Assembly (NCBI GenBank): GCA_004431415.1
Contig: QPMI01000599.1
Location: 1-64,000 of the forward strand
DNA from: Cyanophora paradoxa CCMP329
Lineage: Eukaryota > Plantae > Glaucophyta
DNA: 64,000 nucleotides
Direction of reading: 5' to 3'
The notes below the pieces were generated by a model. That model was not told where the DNA came from and did no database searches. It worked only from the letters and a program-made list of their open reading frames with translations. Made by a program: the position numbers and the translations under genes. Shown piece by piece: positions 24,191-35,474 of this stretch. Numbering within the stretch: position 1 is the stretch's first letter; every line of letters starts with the position of its first letter.

Positions 24191-27100
24191 ATGCTAGCTA
24201 GCACAGTCGCCCCGATCCGCGCGCGCGCCCTCTTCCATGGCAGCCGCCTTGCCGGGGCGGTGCAGTCCGTCTCGCCGGCTGGGGCCAACGCCCTGCGCGC
24301 CTCGATTTCGACGGCTGGCCTCTCTGCATCGATCCCCGTCGCGCGCGGGGAGACCTCTGGGCGGATGTGCGCGCCGCTGCTAGTTCCGTGTTCCGGCCGG
24401 ACACCTTACCACCGCCCGTGCCCCGCAGGCTCGCCGCCCAGATGACCTCCGTTCGCCGCCTGTTCGCTGCTACGAATCCCGCACAGAGTGAGCGCCCCGT
24501 GTGCGGCGCCCGACTCCCGCCCTCTCCGACCTGATCGTCCCGCCATCCCACCGCAGCCGACGCGCGCAAGTTCGAGGCTGAGGCTCTGATGGACAGCGAT
24601 CTCGGCGCGCACCCGCTCGACTCGTTCTTCACGCCCAAGTCCGTCGCCGTCGCCGGCGCCACGGACAAGGTTCGCTCCTCTCCGATTCCTTTCCATTTCT
24701 TTTCGAGGCGCAGCCGCCGCCCCCCGCGCGCTCGCCCGCGTCGAACCTTTCTTCCGCACGCAGGAGGGGAGCGTCGGTCGCACCGTCCTCCAGAACCTGA
24801 TCCAGTCTCCGTTCGGAGGCACCGTCTACCCCGTGAACCCGAAGCGCGCGAACGTCCTCGGCGTGCGCGCGTACCCCAACATCAAGGCCGTCCCGGAGAA
24901 GGTGCTGTACCCCCCTCGCGACTCCGGTATCCCCCCGATCGCCGACTCGCCCCCGCAGGTGGACCTCCTGGTCGTGTGTACCCCGGCCTCGCAGGCCCCG
25001 AGCGTCGTGAAGGACGCCGCGGAGGCCGGCTGCCGCAACGTCATCATCATCTCGGCCGGTTTCGCCGAGGAGCAGGCCGGCGACCTTGGCGGTGCGCGTA
25101 CCCCCGTTCCCGCCCGCCGCCCGCCCCCTCGCCGAGCCGCGGGGGTCAGGCAAGGAGCTCCTGGCCGAGGTGCTGAAGATCTGCAAGACCTACGGCGTCC
25201 GCCTCATCGGCCCCAACTGCCTGGGGTGCGGCGCCCCTCCCTCCTCCCTCCCCCGGCCGCCCCCGCTGCCGGGGCCGACGGCGGGGCAGCGTGCTGTGCC
25301 CGATCTCGGGGCTGAACGCGTCGTTCGCGGCGGACATCCCGAAGCCGGGCCGCGTGGCGCTGCTCTCGCAGTCGGGCGCCCTGGTGTGCTCGGTGATGGA
25401 CTGGTCGCTGCGGGAGGGCTTCGGGTTCAGCCACATCGCCTCCATCGGCTCCATGGCCGACGTCGACTACGGCGACCTCATCGGTGCGCGCCCGCGCCCC
25501 GCGCCCCCGCCCCGCCCCCCGCCCCCCGCCCCGACGCGCGGGCGCCCGCAGACTACCTGGGGCGGGACCCCCGCGTCTCCGCCATCGTCATGTACATGGA
25601 GGGTGCGCTCCGTGGGGCCCCCGCCGGCGTCCCCGCGAGGCCCGCCGCCGACGGGGGCGCCGGCCGGCAGGCATCGGCGACGCGCGCTCGTTCTTCTCGG
25701 CGGCGCGCCGCGTGGCGCTCATGAAGCCCGTCGTCGTCATCAAGGCCGGCCGCACCGAGGCCGGCATGAAGGCCGGTGCGCCTCGCCCCGCCCCGCCCCG
25801 CTTCCGGCGCTTTCCCCTGTCCTCTCGTCCGACGGGGCGGGGGCAGCGGCGTCGCACACGGGGGCCCTCGCCGGCGGCGACGATGTCCTCACCACCGCCT
25901 TCGAGCGGTCCGCCCGCCCTCCCTCCAACCTCGGCGCCGCGCCGGCCTGACGGCCCCCTCTGGGGGCAGGTGCGGCGTGATGCGCATCGAGGACACGGGC
26001 GACCTCTTCAACGTCACCCAGGCCCTCTCCTCCCAGGTCCGAGGGGGCCGCCCCGCCCGCCCTCTCGCGGCGTCGCCTCCGAGCCGACGGGACCCCGCCA
26101 CCCCCCGCGCAGCCGCTGCCCAAGGGGAAGCACCTGACGATCGTGACCAACGCCGGCGGGCCCGGCATCCTCGCCACCGACGCCCTCATCTCCGTCCGCC
26201 CCGCCTCTGGGCGCCCCGCCCCGCCCCGCCCCGCCGCCGACGCCGGCGCAGGGCGGCGGCGAGCTCGCGAACGTCAGCAAGGAGACCATCGACGAGCTGA
26301 ACAAGGCGCGCCCGCCCGCGCGCCCGCTCCGCCCCGCCGCGCGGGGCTCGCCGCTGAGCGGGGGCCGCGGGGCAGGTCCTCCCCGCCGTCTGGTCCCACG
26401 CCAACCCCGTCGACATCATCGGCGACGCCAAGGCCACCGTGCGCCCCGAGTCCCGGCCCGGCCCCGGCGACGCGCGCTGAGGGCGGCGCAGGAATACGCC
26501 AAGACCCTCGAGGTCGTCCTCCGCGACAAGGAGAGCGACGGCGTGCTCGTCATCCTCACCCCTCAGGTGCTCGGCGCCCGCGGACCCGCGCCCCCGCGCG
26601 CCGAGCGCCGCCGGCGCAGGCGATGACGGAGTCGACGGCGACGGCGGAGGCGATCGTTCGCCTGACGAAGGAGAAGCACTTCGACAAGCCCATCCTCGCA
26701 GCGTGGATGGGCGGGCAGCAGGTGCGCCCCCGGCGCCCCGGCGCGCTCCCCTCGAGTCCGTGCGGGGCGAGCGGGCGGGGCGGGGTCGCAGGTCCAGGCG
26801 GGGGCGGACTACCTGAAGAAGAACAAGGTGCCGACCTTCATCTACTCGGACGCCGGCGCCAAGGTCTTCAACATGATGTGGCACTACAGGCCCGCCCCGC
26901 CCCGCCCGCCCTCCCCCGCCTCCCCCGCGTCGCCCGCCCCGGGAGCTGACCCGCCGCCCGCGCAGCGAGTCGCTGAAGGCGCTGTACGAGGTGCCGGAGT
27001 ACGTGGACGCCGTCGAGCCCCTCGCCGTCGAGAAGCGCGACGCCGTCCGGGTCCGCACCCCCTCGCCCCGCCCGGCCCTTGGCGTGGCACTCGGGGAGCG

Positions 27101-29769
27101 GCGCCTGAGGCCCGCCGCAGAGCCAGATCGACAAGGCGCGCAAGGACGGCATCAAGTGCGGCCCCTTCCAACCCCGCCCCGCGCCTCGCGGCGGCGGTCC
27201 GACGGCGCGAGCGCGCGCGCGGGGGCAGGTTCCTCTCGGAGTACGAGTCGAAGAAGATCCTGGGGCAGTACGGCATCCCCGTCACCTCCATCGAGCTCGC
27301 CAAGGTCCGCCCGCCCCCGCGCGCCCCGCTAGAGCCAGCGCGGAGGGCCAAGAGATAGCGCCTTGGGGCGGTTTTGCCGAGCGGGGCGCGGGGCGCAGAC
27401 GGCGGACGAGGCGGTGGCGGTGGCGGACAAGATGGGCTACCCCGTCGTCGTCAAGATCCACTCGAACACCATCACGCACAAGGCGCGCCGCCTCGGATGG
27501 CGGCCGGCGGTGGGGGCTGACGCGGCAACCGCCGCCCCGCCGGCGCGCAGGTGGACGTGAACGGGGTGCAGCTGAACCTGCTCAACCCCGATTCGGTCCG
27601 CAAGGCCTACGCCATCATCCAGCAGGGCGTCAAGGACAAGGGCTACAAGGTCCGCCCGCCCGCGCCCGCGCAGGGCCCTCGGCCGCCCCCTCCGCGCCTC
27701 CCACCGACGGGCCGCCCCGGCAGCCGGCGGACTTCCTGGGCGTGACCGTCCAGCCCATGCTCAAGCTCGGCGATGGGTCCGCCCCCTGCGCCCCGCTCTG
27801 CGCGCGCCCGCTCGCCCCCGACGCGCGCCGGCAGCTACGAGACGATCGTGGGGATGAACCTGGACAACCAGGTGGGCCCCGTGCTGCTCTTCGGCACGGG
27901 CGGCACCCTTGTCGAGATCTACAAGGACGCCGGTCCGCCCCCGCCCCGCCCCGCTCCCTCCCCGCCGCTCGCGCGCTGAGGCCAGGCGGGCGGGCAGCGC
28001 TGGCGCTCCCGCCCCTCAACGTGAGCCTCGCCCGCCAGCTCCTGCAGAAGACCAAGGTGCCCCCGCCCGGGCTCGGGCCCCTCGCCCCGCCCCCTTCTTC
28101 TTTGACCCCGCCTTCGTTCGCAGATCGCGCACGCGTTCGTCGGCATCCGCGGCAAGCCGCCCATCAACCAGGTCCCCGCCCTGCACCCCGCCCCAGCGCC
28201 CCTCGCCCCGCTCCGAGGAGGGTCCCGACCTGCGGGCGCAGGCGGCGGTGGAGAACGTGCTTGTGCGCTTCTCGCAGCTCGTGCTCGAGCAGCCCATGAT
28301 CAAGGAGGCCCGCCGCCCCCGCCCCCTGCCCCCCACCCCGCCCCGCCCAACGCCGCCCGCCCTCCCCCCGCAGATCGACATCAACCCGCTGGTCTGCTCG
28401 CCGGACCGCGTCATCGCCCTCGACGCCCGCGTCGTCCTCCACGACAAGGCCCGCCGCCCCCGCCCCCGTCCTGCCCGCCCCGCCCGCGCTTCTAAGCGGA
28501 GCCCCTCGCCCCCGCCCCCTCCCTCTCCGCCCCGCAGGACGTCACGCTGGACAAGATCCCCCTGGTCCGCTATCGGCCCGCACCCCTCTCTTTCTTAGCC
28601 GCCCTGAGGTCTTGTCTCTCAGTCCGCCATCCGCGCGTACCCCTCGGAGTACGTCTTCAAGACGACCTCCGCCGCCGGCAAGCCGGTGCGCGCAGCGTAC
28701 CCCTGAGGCCGCTTCCCTCGGTGCCGGCGCCTCCTGACGCCCGCCACCGCAGCTCGTGATCCGCCCGGCGCGCCCCGAGGACGAGCTCGCCGTCGCCAGT
28801 GCGTGGAGAGACGAGGCGCCGCCCCTTGCACCGCTGACCTCGGGCGTGCAGGCTTCCTGAAGCGGGAGGGGGAGGAGCCGGCGATGGCGCCCGTCTTCGG
28901 CAAGTACTTCTCCGGCACCGACTTCTCCGTGCGCCCGCCCCCGGCCCCGGCCCCGGCCCCCAGCCGGCGAGCGAGCCGCACCGCGCTCGCTTTGAGCTTG
29001 CGATCTAGAGCAGAGCGTCTCCGCCGCTCGCCTTCCCGCCGTCGCTGAGGGGGGCCTCGGGGCGCGCGCGCAGCGGAACCTGTTCAAGGGGCGGATCATC
29101 GCGCTGACGGCGGGCGACTACAACCGCGAGTTCACCCTCCTCGCCCTCGACGGCAAGGACATCCTCGCCATGGGCCGCCTCACCCGGTCCGCCCCCGCCC
29201 CGCGCCCGGGCCCCGCCGCCCCCGCCAGCATTCTCCTCCCTCCCGTCGCCTTCCCCGCGCCCCCGCCCCCCCCCCCCCCCCTCCCCTCTCTCTCTCTCCC
29301 CCCCTCCCCCGCCCCCCCCAACCCAGCCCCGCCCCTCTCTCGCACCCGTCGCCTTATCCCCCCCCCCCCAAAAAAATTTCCTACGCGCACCCGGCCGCCC
29401 CGCCGACCTCCGGTGGGGACAGGGCGCACCGGACGAAGGACGCGGACTTCGCGGTGATGGTCGGCTCGAAGCAGGACAAGGCCCTCGGCGCCCTCATCGT
29501 CGAGAAGGCCCGCCCCCGCGCCCCGCCCCGCCCCGCCCCCCCGTGCTCACGGTCTCCGCGCGCAGATCCTCAAGATCTCCATCGCGGAGCGCTACACGTC
29601 GCTCGCCTGCCTCGTGGACCCCGCCAACGCCGCCATCGTGGACCTCCTCGTCAAGGTGGCTCGACCGCTCGGGGGGGAGGCGGGGGGGGCGGCTGACGTC
29701 GCCTGCGCGCAGAGCGGCTTCTCGATCAAGCCGGAGGGCAAGAACATGCGCGCCCTGAAAACCTTCTAG
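24191..29769 (+). CDS. ADP-forming acetate-CoA ligase (fused alpha+beta, ACD) with a C-terminal degenerate GNAT domain and an N-terminal organellar-type presequence; ~35 introns
   Basis: Fully spliced by hand: [82 protein letters not shown] (phospho-His), [53 protein letters not shown], then IRPARPEDE...DYNRE...ADFAVMV. TAG at 29767-29769. Confidence 0.92.
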
Positions 29770-30497
29770 GCAAGACGGCGGCTGTAGCTATAGCTTTTTA
29801 GGTCTTGGGGGTGCACTTGGTAGATAGAGCATCGGGTTCGGACGGTTCGACGTGGCTTTGCTCGCTTTTTAGGGGTCGACGCGTGGACGCGCCTCATGCT
29901 TCAAATTAAATTGACTCTTTGATGGCTTTAATTTGGATCTCCTTCTTTCTTATCGGCCGGCCGCATGCTGCCCCCGAGCCTCCGGATCCGGCAGCCTGCG
30001 ATTGCGAGTAATTTGCGACTCTTTAACTTGCAAGCTGTACATGCGTATGCAGCCCCTTCAAGGCTTAATTTGCAATTTTTCAACGCGTACGGTTTCTGTC
30101 CGTGTTAGACACTCATGCCATGATGCTCAGACTAGTCGTGTTCTGTTCTTTCAAGAATCAAGATCTACTTGTGTGAAGAATATGGCTTACGTATCATTGC
30201 GCATGCAGGCGCTGCAGCCTGCAGCTGCAGCTGCATGCCATGATGCGCGCAGCAGCGCGCAGGCTGCCAGCTGCAGGCTGCAGCTGTTGGCCCAGTACTA
30301 GTGGAGGCTTGGAGCCCAGCCGCCAGCTAGCCGGCTTGAATCGAGCCGCAAGCCTACCGGCTAGCTACAAGCTATATATAGCGGCCACGCTGGCCAGTGA
30401 GTTTATACTTTAACTTGAAGCTTTTACAAGCAGGGGGGCTCCGCCCCCCCGCACCCCCCCAGTGTTATTTAGGAATCTTTGATTTCTTGTGGCCTAT

Positions 30498-30573
30498 TCT
30501 TCTTCTTCTTCTTCTTCTTCTTCTTCTTCTTCTTCTTCTTCTTCTTCTTCTTCTACGTACTACTACTACTACT
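30498..30573 (+). repeat. (CTT)n microsatellite followed by (ACT)n
   Basis: About 18-19 CTT units, then tactactactact. Confidence 0.95.
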
Positions 30574-31800
30574 TATTTATTGAACAAAGAATGAGAATGA
30601 AGTACTAAAGTTCTGAAGACAGAACAGAGAGAGAGAGAGAGATGAAGCAAAAGACACGCCCGTGGACTGGGGTGATAAGGTATGGCAACGCCGCAGAGGC
30701 CCCAAGTGGGACATGCAAGGCTCGCCAGGGACCTACCCAGCACAGGTAGTGGTGTGCGTACGCACCGCAAGGAAAGAAGAAGAAGAAGCTGAAGCACTGA
30801 ACATAAAGAACAGAACAGATCTGAGTGCATGAAAGATGTAGAAATTAAACACTGATCATGTAATCAGGAAACAATGCACGAGATGCAATTGCAATGTAGT
30901 CCAAAGCTCATGAAATTTATGTTTTGTCATGAAACATAGCTACAGTGCTTTGCAATTGGTGTTCAATTCTTGGCAAAGAAATTAAAGGGCGATTAATTTA
31001 AGATGAGAAGAAGAGCTAAAGCACTGAACAATTGCAAGAAGTTTGAAATTGCACGCATGATCAACATGAATCTCATGTGGTTCAATCATATTACAGAGAA
31101 CGAAAAAGAAGCTGATCATGAAGCACTGATCATGAAGAAGAGAACATTTCAGAACAGATCCGGATCCAGAAAAAATGAAGTGATCACAAAACAATACAAA
31201 AGAAGCACATGCAATGTATTTCAAAGGTTTGATCTGTCATCAAACATGGAGTTTTGGTGTTAAATACTGCCCATGGCTGGCAAAGAAAGGGCAATTCTTA
31301 GCAGGAACATGGGCAAGAAGCTTGAACATTAACATTGGGGCACTGAACAATTGCAAGAAGCTTAAGAATTGAACACTTCAATTGACAAAAATAACCTGGC
31401 AAGGTTGTAGAAGAATTGATCATGAACAAGTCAATCATTGATCATTTCATTTCATGCATGTCACATGCAACCATATTTTATGCATGCAATGATGCCATGA
31501 TGGATAATGCATGCATCATGATCAGTATACAGATCTAGATGACACTGGGCCATCTAGAAAAGAATGTTGTTTGTTTTGTGAAACAAAAAATGCAAGTACA
31601 AGCTCTTCAATTTCAATTTGGCATGTTTCTGTTTTGTTTGTTGTGAATGTGTGAACGTTGTGCTGGTGCTGTGTTTTCTGTTTTTGTTTTCATGTTTTGT
31701 TGTTTGTACATTGTGGAACATATGCTTTTCTTTTTGTTGTACATGCCAAGATCTAGATGTTTAATGTATTGTTTATTGTTTGCCAAGAATCGAACCGGTT

Positions 31801-32838
31801 CTGAATCGGCACTGAACAGTCAAGTGCACCACAGCACTTCAGGAAGAAAAAAGGAAAAAAAGGGACTTTCCATCGACAGAACTGCCGGATACACAATTTG
31901 AGCCACAAAACTCCACTCTGTGGCAGATACTTCCAAGCTCACTGGCAAGAGCAGCGGCCACTACTTTTTTTAAAAATTCACAGAGTCATACATCACTCAG
32001 TGACATTTCCTTGTCCTGCGGAGCCCGTCTCAGTGACCACAGTGAGTCAAGGCAGCTCTGGCAGCCTTCAAGTACATATCGAATTGAGTATACCAATGAG
32101 AGCGACAACTCAACCACTGGCCTGCGATTCACAAGTTCCCCACTTATCAAACATGCTGGCACGACTGTTGGTAGCCCAGGCTGGACCACCCATGGAGCAC
32201 ACTCCACTCAGTGAGTTTGACTGTTCGCACCGTAAACAATGCTGGCAGTTTGAGTCTGCCGTAGTACTAAACGGAATTTTCTTCCAAGGGGAACATGGGT
32301 TAATGCTCAGTAGTAGATTATCCCATGTTCCCCTTGGAAGAAAAAGCAGTTTAGTACTACGGCAGACTCAAACCGCCAGCATTTTTGGCACTGCGAACAG
32401 TCAAACTCACTGAGTGGAGTTCAATCCAAGGCTGGTCGAGCCTGGCTGCCAACAGTCGTGCCAGCATGTCTGGTAAGTGGGGAACTTGTGAATCGGAGGC
32501 CAATGGAAGATTTGTCCATCTCATTGATATACTCAATTCGATATGCACTTGAAGGCTGCCAGTGCACCCTTGACTCACTGTGGTCACTGAGATGGGTTCC
32601 ACAGGACAAGGAAAAGTCGCTGAGTGACGTGTGACTCTGTGACTTTTAGAAAAAACCAGTGGCAGCCGCTGCTCTTGCCAGTGAGCTTGGAAGTACAAGG
32701 CAGTAGGATCTGCCACAGAGTGGAGTTTTCAGGCTCAAATTGTGTATCCGGCTGTCATTTCAATGGAAAGTCCTTTTTTCTTCTCTATTTTTCTTTCTGA
32801 AGTGCTGTGGTGCACTTGACTGTTCAGCGCCGGTTCAG
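31801..32838. repeat. ~1-kb imperfect palindrome (two ~500-bp arms, 12-nt loop at 32305-32316)
   Basis: Arms are reverse-complementary along their whole length, e.g. ttttcttccaaggggaacatggg/cccatgttccccttggaagaaaa and gtttgagtctgccgtagtactaaac/gtttagtactacggcagactcaaac. Confidence 0.95.
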
Positions 32839-33234
32839 TTTAAGCTTCTTATGACCTAGTCTTTCCTCTCAGCCAACAGCAAACAATTTTTGCAAGTGTT
32901 TTTGAAGATTGTCTTCGAATTCTCAAGTCTTATTGTGAATGAAAGAGTTCATTGAAATTTTAATTGCAAGGGGGGAAGGGGCCCCCTTGCTACCCGTTCC
33001 CTTGCTTCAGCCAAAATTCTTCTATGAGGCCGTTTTCGAGGTCCAGTTTGCAACGCAGGAAAAAAATGAGTGGAAATTCGCTTGCAGCGGCACGTGTTTG
33101 TCGCTGCAGCTGCGGCCGTCCATGCAGAGGTTTTTGAGGGCGAAGACCAGTTTTCCTCGACTTGACGCTTGGAAACCAACTTGGCAACTTCTCTCTCATT
33201 CCGGTCTTCGAATTCCTTGCGCGATTCTGCATGG

Positions 33235-33585
33235 AACCAGTTCTCCCTATAGCTAGCTGTCTCCTCTAGATTTCGGCTAGCTCGTTGCGCGGTTCTGCAT
33301 GGACTTGTTGGAGTTCTCCCTAGCTGTCTCGATCTGATCTCACACCTTCCTCTTCCTCGCACTGCGATTGGCCCCCGCCACCTTCCTCACACCTCCCATC
33401 TAGATTTCCCCTTCCTCGCACTGCGCCGCGTACGCCGCACGGAACCACTTCTCCCTAGCTGTCTTGCTCGTTCTCCTCTAGATTTCCGCCGCGTACGCCG
33501 CACGGAACCACTTCTCCCCAGCTGTCTTGCTCGATCTCCTCTAGATTTCAACTTCCTCGCGGTGCGCCGCGTACGCCGCACGGTA
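33235..33585. repeat. Degenerate tandem repeat, ~60-75 bp unit
   Basis: cgccgcgtacgccgcacggaaccacttctccc(t/c)agctgtcttgctcg..ctcctctagatttc recurs 3-4 times. Confidence 0.85.
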
Positions 33586-35474
33586 CCCGCTTTTAATTCA
33601 CTGCATCAAGCTTGCCAGTTGCACCGCAGCACGTGCACGTGTATCGACGCCCGCGCAGCCCCGGGCCCGTGAGCCGGAGTGTCCCGTACCGCGTATATAC
33701 GTAGCTTTTCCTCGCGATCCAGCCTCTGCTCGCAGCCGCACCGCTAGCGCTGCGCCGACGTCGTTGGCGCCCCGGCGGCTGTCCCTTCGCGCCGGGCGGT
33801 CCGGACCCTCGAGTGTCGCCTCGGCTCCGCGCGTAACCGCCTCGGGCCTCCGCCAATCTTGCAAGCTGACCAGCTCTTGCGAGCGCATCAGCGGCAAACC
33901 GAGCGCTCGAATTGCGAATAACAAAGAGGGGCGCGTGGGCAGCTGCAGCGCGTGAACAGCGAGCAAGCGAGATCATTGCGTGTGCGAGAATTCGGGCGTT
34001 AACTGAGCTTCGGAACTGAGCTTAAGCAAAAGAAAGCGCCTCAGCAACGAACAAGAGAAAGCTAACATGCGACTAGGGCGCAAACCTGGTGCAGATCTAG
34101 AGCTGCCTGAAGGCATCGTTGAAGGCGTGAGCATACAGTTAGAGCGTTGCGGCACTGGGGCTTGCAACGGCGGGCTTTTCCTGCTTTGCCCAGCCGCGGC
34201 ACGCAATCATTTCTGTAGGCGCGAAAATCTCTACCGGCACGTCCGCAGTCATCAAAGCGGATTACGGGTGCGGCGTCCCAAGCAATGGCCATGGGCCGGG
34301 GCAAAACGGTTTCTCATAAAGCGGCTTGCAGGTCGTCCTCAACTTGAACCAAACGTCTCCATTGGCGGGGTTCCTGGCTCTCGATTCTATTCTCAGGTGC
34401 ATTATTGCTGGCCTTTCATTGAGGCTTTGATCGTAGCATCTGCTTAATGGGCCTTTTCTATTTTTTTCAAACACATATACTCTGTGTGTACCTTTACACT
34501 TCAACCTGCCGCGCGCGCTGGGCCGGGGTCGATCTAGATCTGCCCCAAGCATGTCCGTCCCACTACGACTCTTTCATTAGATCCAGATTCCCCCCTTGCA
34601 CCCCCGGCGCGCCAAAACGCGGCCGGGCCACTAGTCTAAAGATATAATCCCAAGCACGCCTTCCATGCCTACTAGGCTAATTAGCCATTGTTGCTTGTGT
34701 GATTATGATTTCAATATATATATCGATGATCGATCAATCATGTTCAAGTGTTTCCTCCCAACCAACAGAAAACAAAAAGTACAACGAAGTGCTTTCGAAT
34801 TCAAGATTTCCAAATCAAACTTTGAAAACATCATAGCAAACCTAATGTTCATTTAATTTGTTCATTCTTTCTACGTATATATATATATATATACTAAGTG
34901 AAGATCTTCACTTAGCAGAATGTTATTCAGCCCTAGCTATAGAGCTTCTCCTTTCTTATGCAGATATATAGCTATTCAAATGATTAAGGTCATTTCAAGT
35001 TTTCTGAATAATTCTGGGGGGGTGCGGGGGGGCGGAGCCCCCCTTGTCTACTATGTAGCAAACTTAAGGGACCGTCGGACAGACTCGGACTCTCTCAGAG
35101 TCTCAGTCTCGGAGTCTCGGACTATTCGCACCCCGGGCCCGTTCGCACCCGTTCGCAGGTCGAATTTCCTTTCATAGTACCGTATACGTAATGCAGAATA
35201 TTAAGGTCTGTACTTTATTATGTCATCCCCAAATTATGTCGCCTCGGATGTGAGATATATAACGACATAATTTGGGACCGTCATAGTATAGGGCACGCTC
35301 AGCGGTACCCCATCAAATTTACCGTCCCATACAACCCTGAGAATTCCGGTTCTGGTCGAATTCGGCAATTCAACTACGCGGCAATTTAAGCATTCCTACA
35401 GGAGTAGACTAGCTATAGTACAGTACTAGTAGTACTAGGCTACAAGTAGCCTACTAGTAGCATACGTATACGCA

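Larger units (their letters stand above)
30432..35044. mobile_element. Putative non-autonomous or composite element bounded by a 31-bp inverted repeat
   Basis: aggggggctccgcccccccgcacccccccag at 30432-30462 has its reverse complement at 35014-35044, with imperfect extension inward. The left half of the interior is AT-rich and CpG-poor. No recognisable transposase or TSD. Confidence 0.55.

Noticed and set aside
30397-30594. Poly-Leu ORF as a membrane peptide
   Set aside because: It is simply the translation of the (CTT)n microsatellite.
30655-30775. GC-richer patch as an snRNA or ribozyme
   Set aside because: Only one short hairpin; no Sm site, U-snRNA signature or hammerhead core found by eye.
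31898-32716. ORFs within the palindrome as real genes, or an Obelisk/viroid-like insert
   Set aside because: The ORFs on the two strands are mirror images caused by the inverted repeat. I see no recognisable Oblin, delta-antigen or ribozyme motif.
33235-33585. CRISPR-like array
   Set aside because: The units are contiguous degenerate tandem repeats without unique spacers, there are no cas genes, and the context is eukaryotic.
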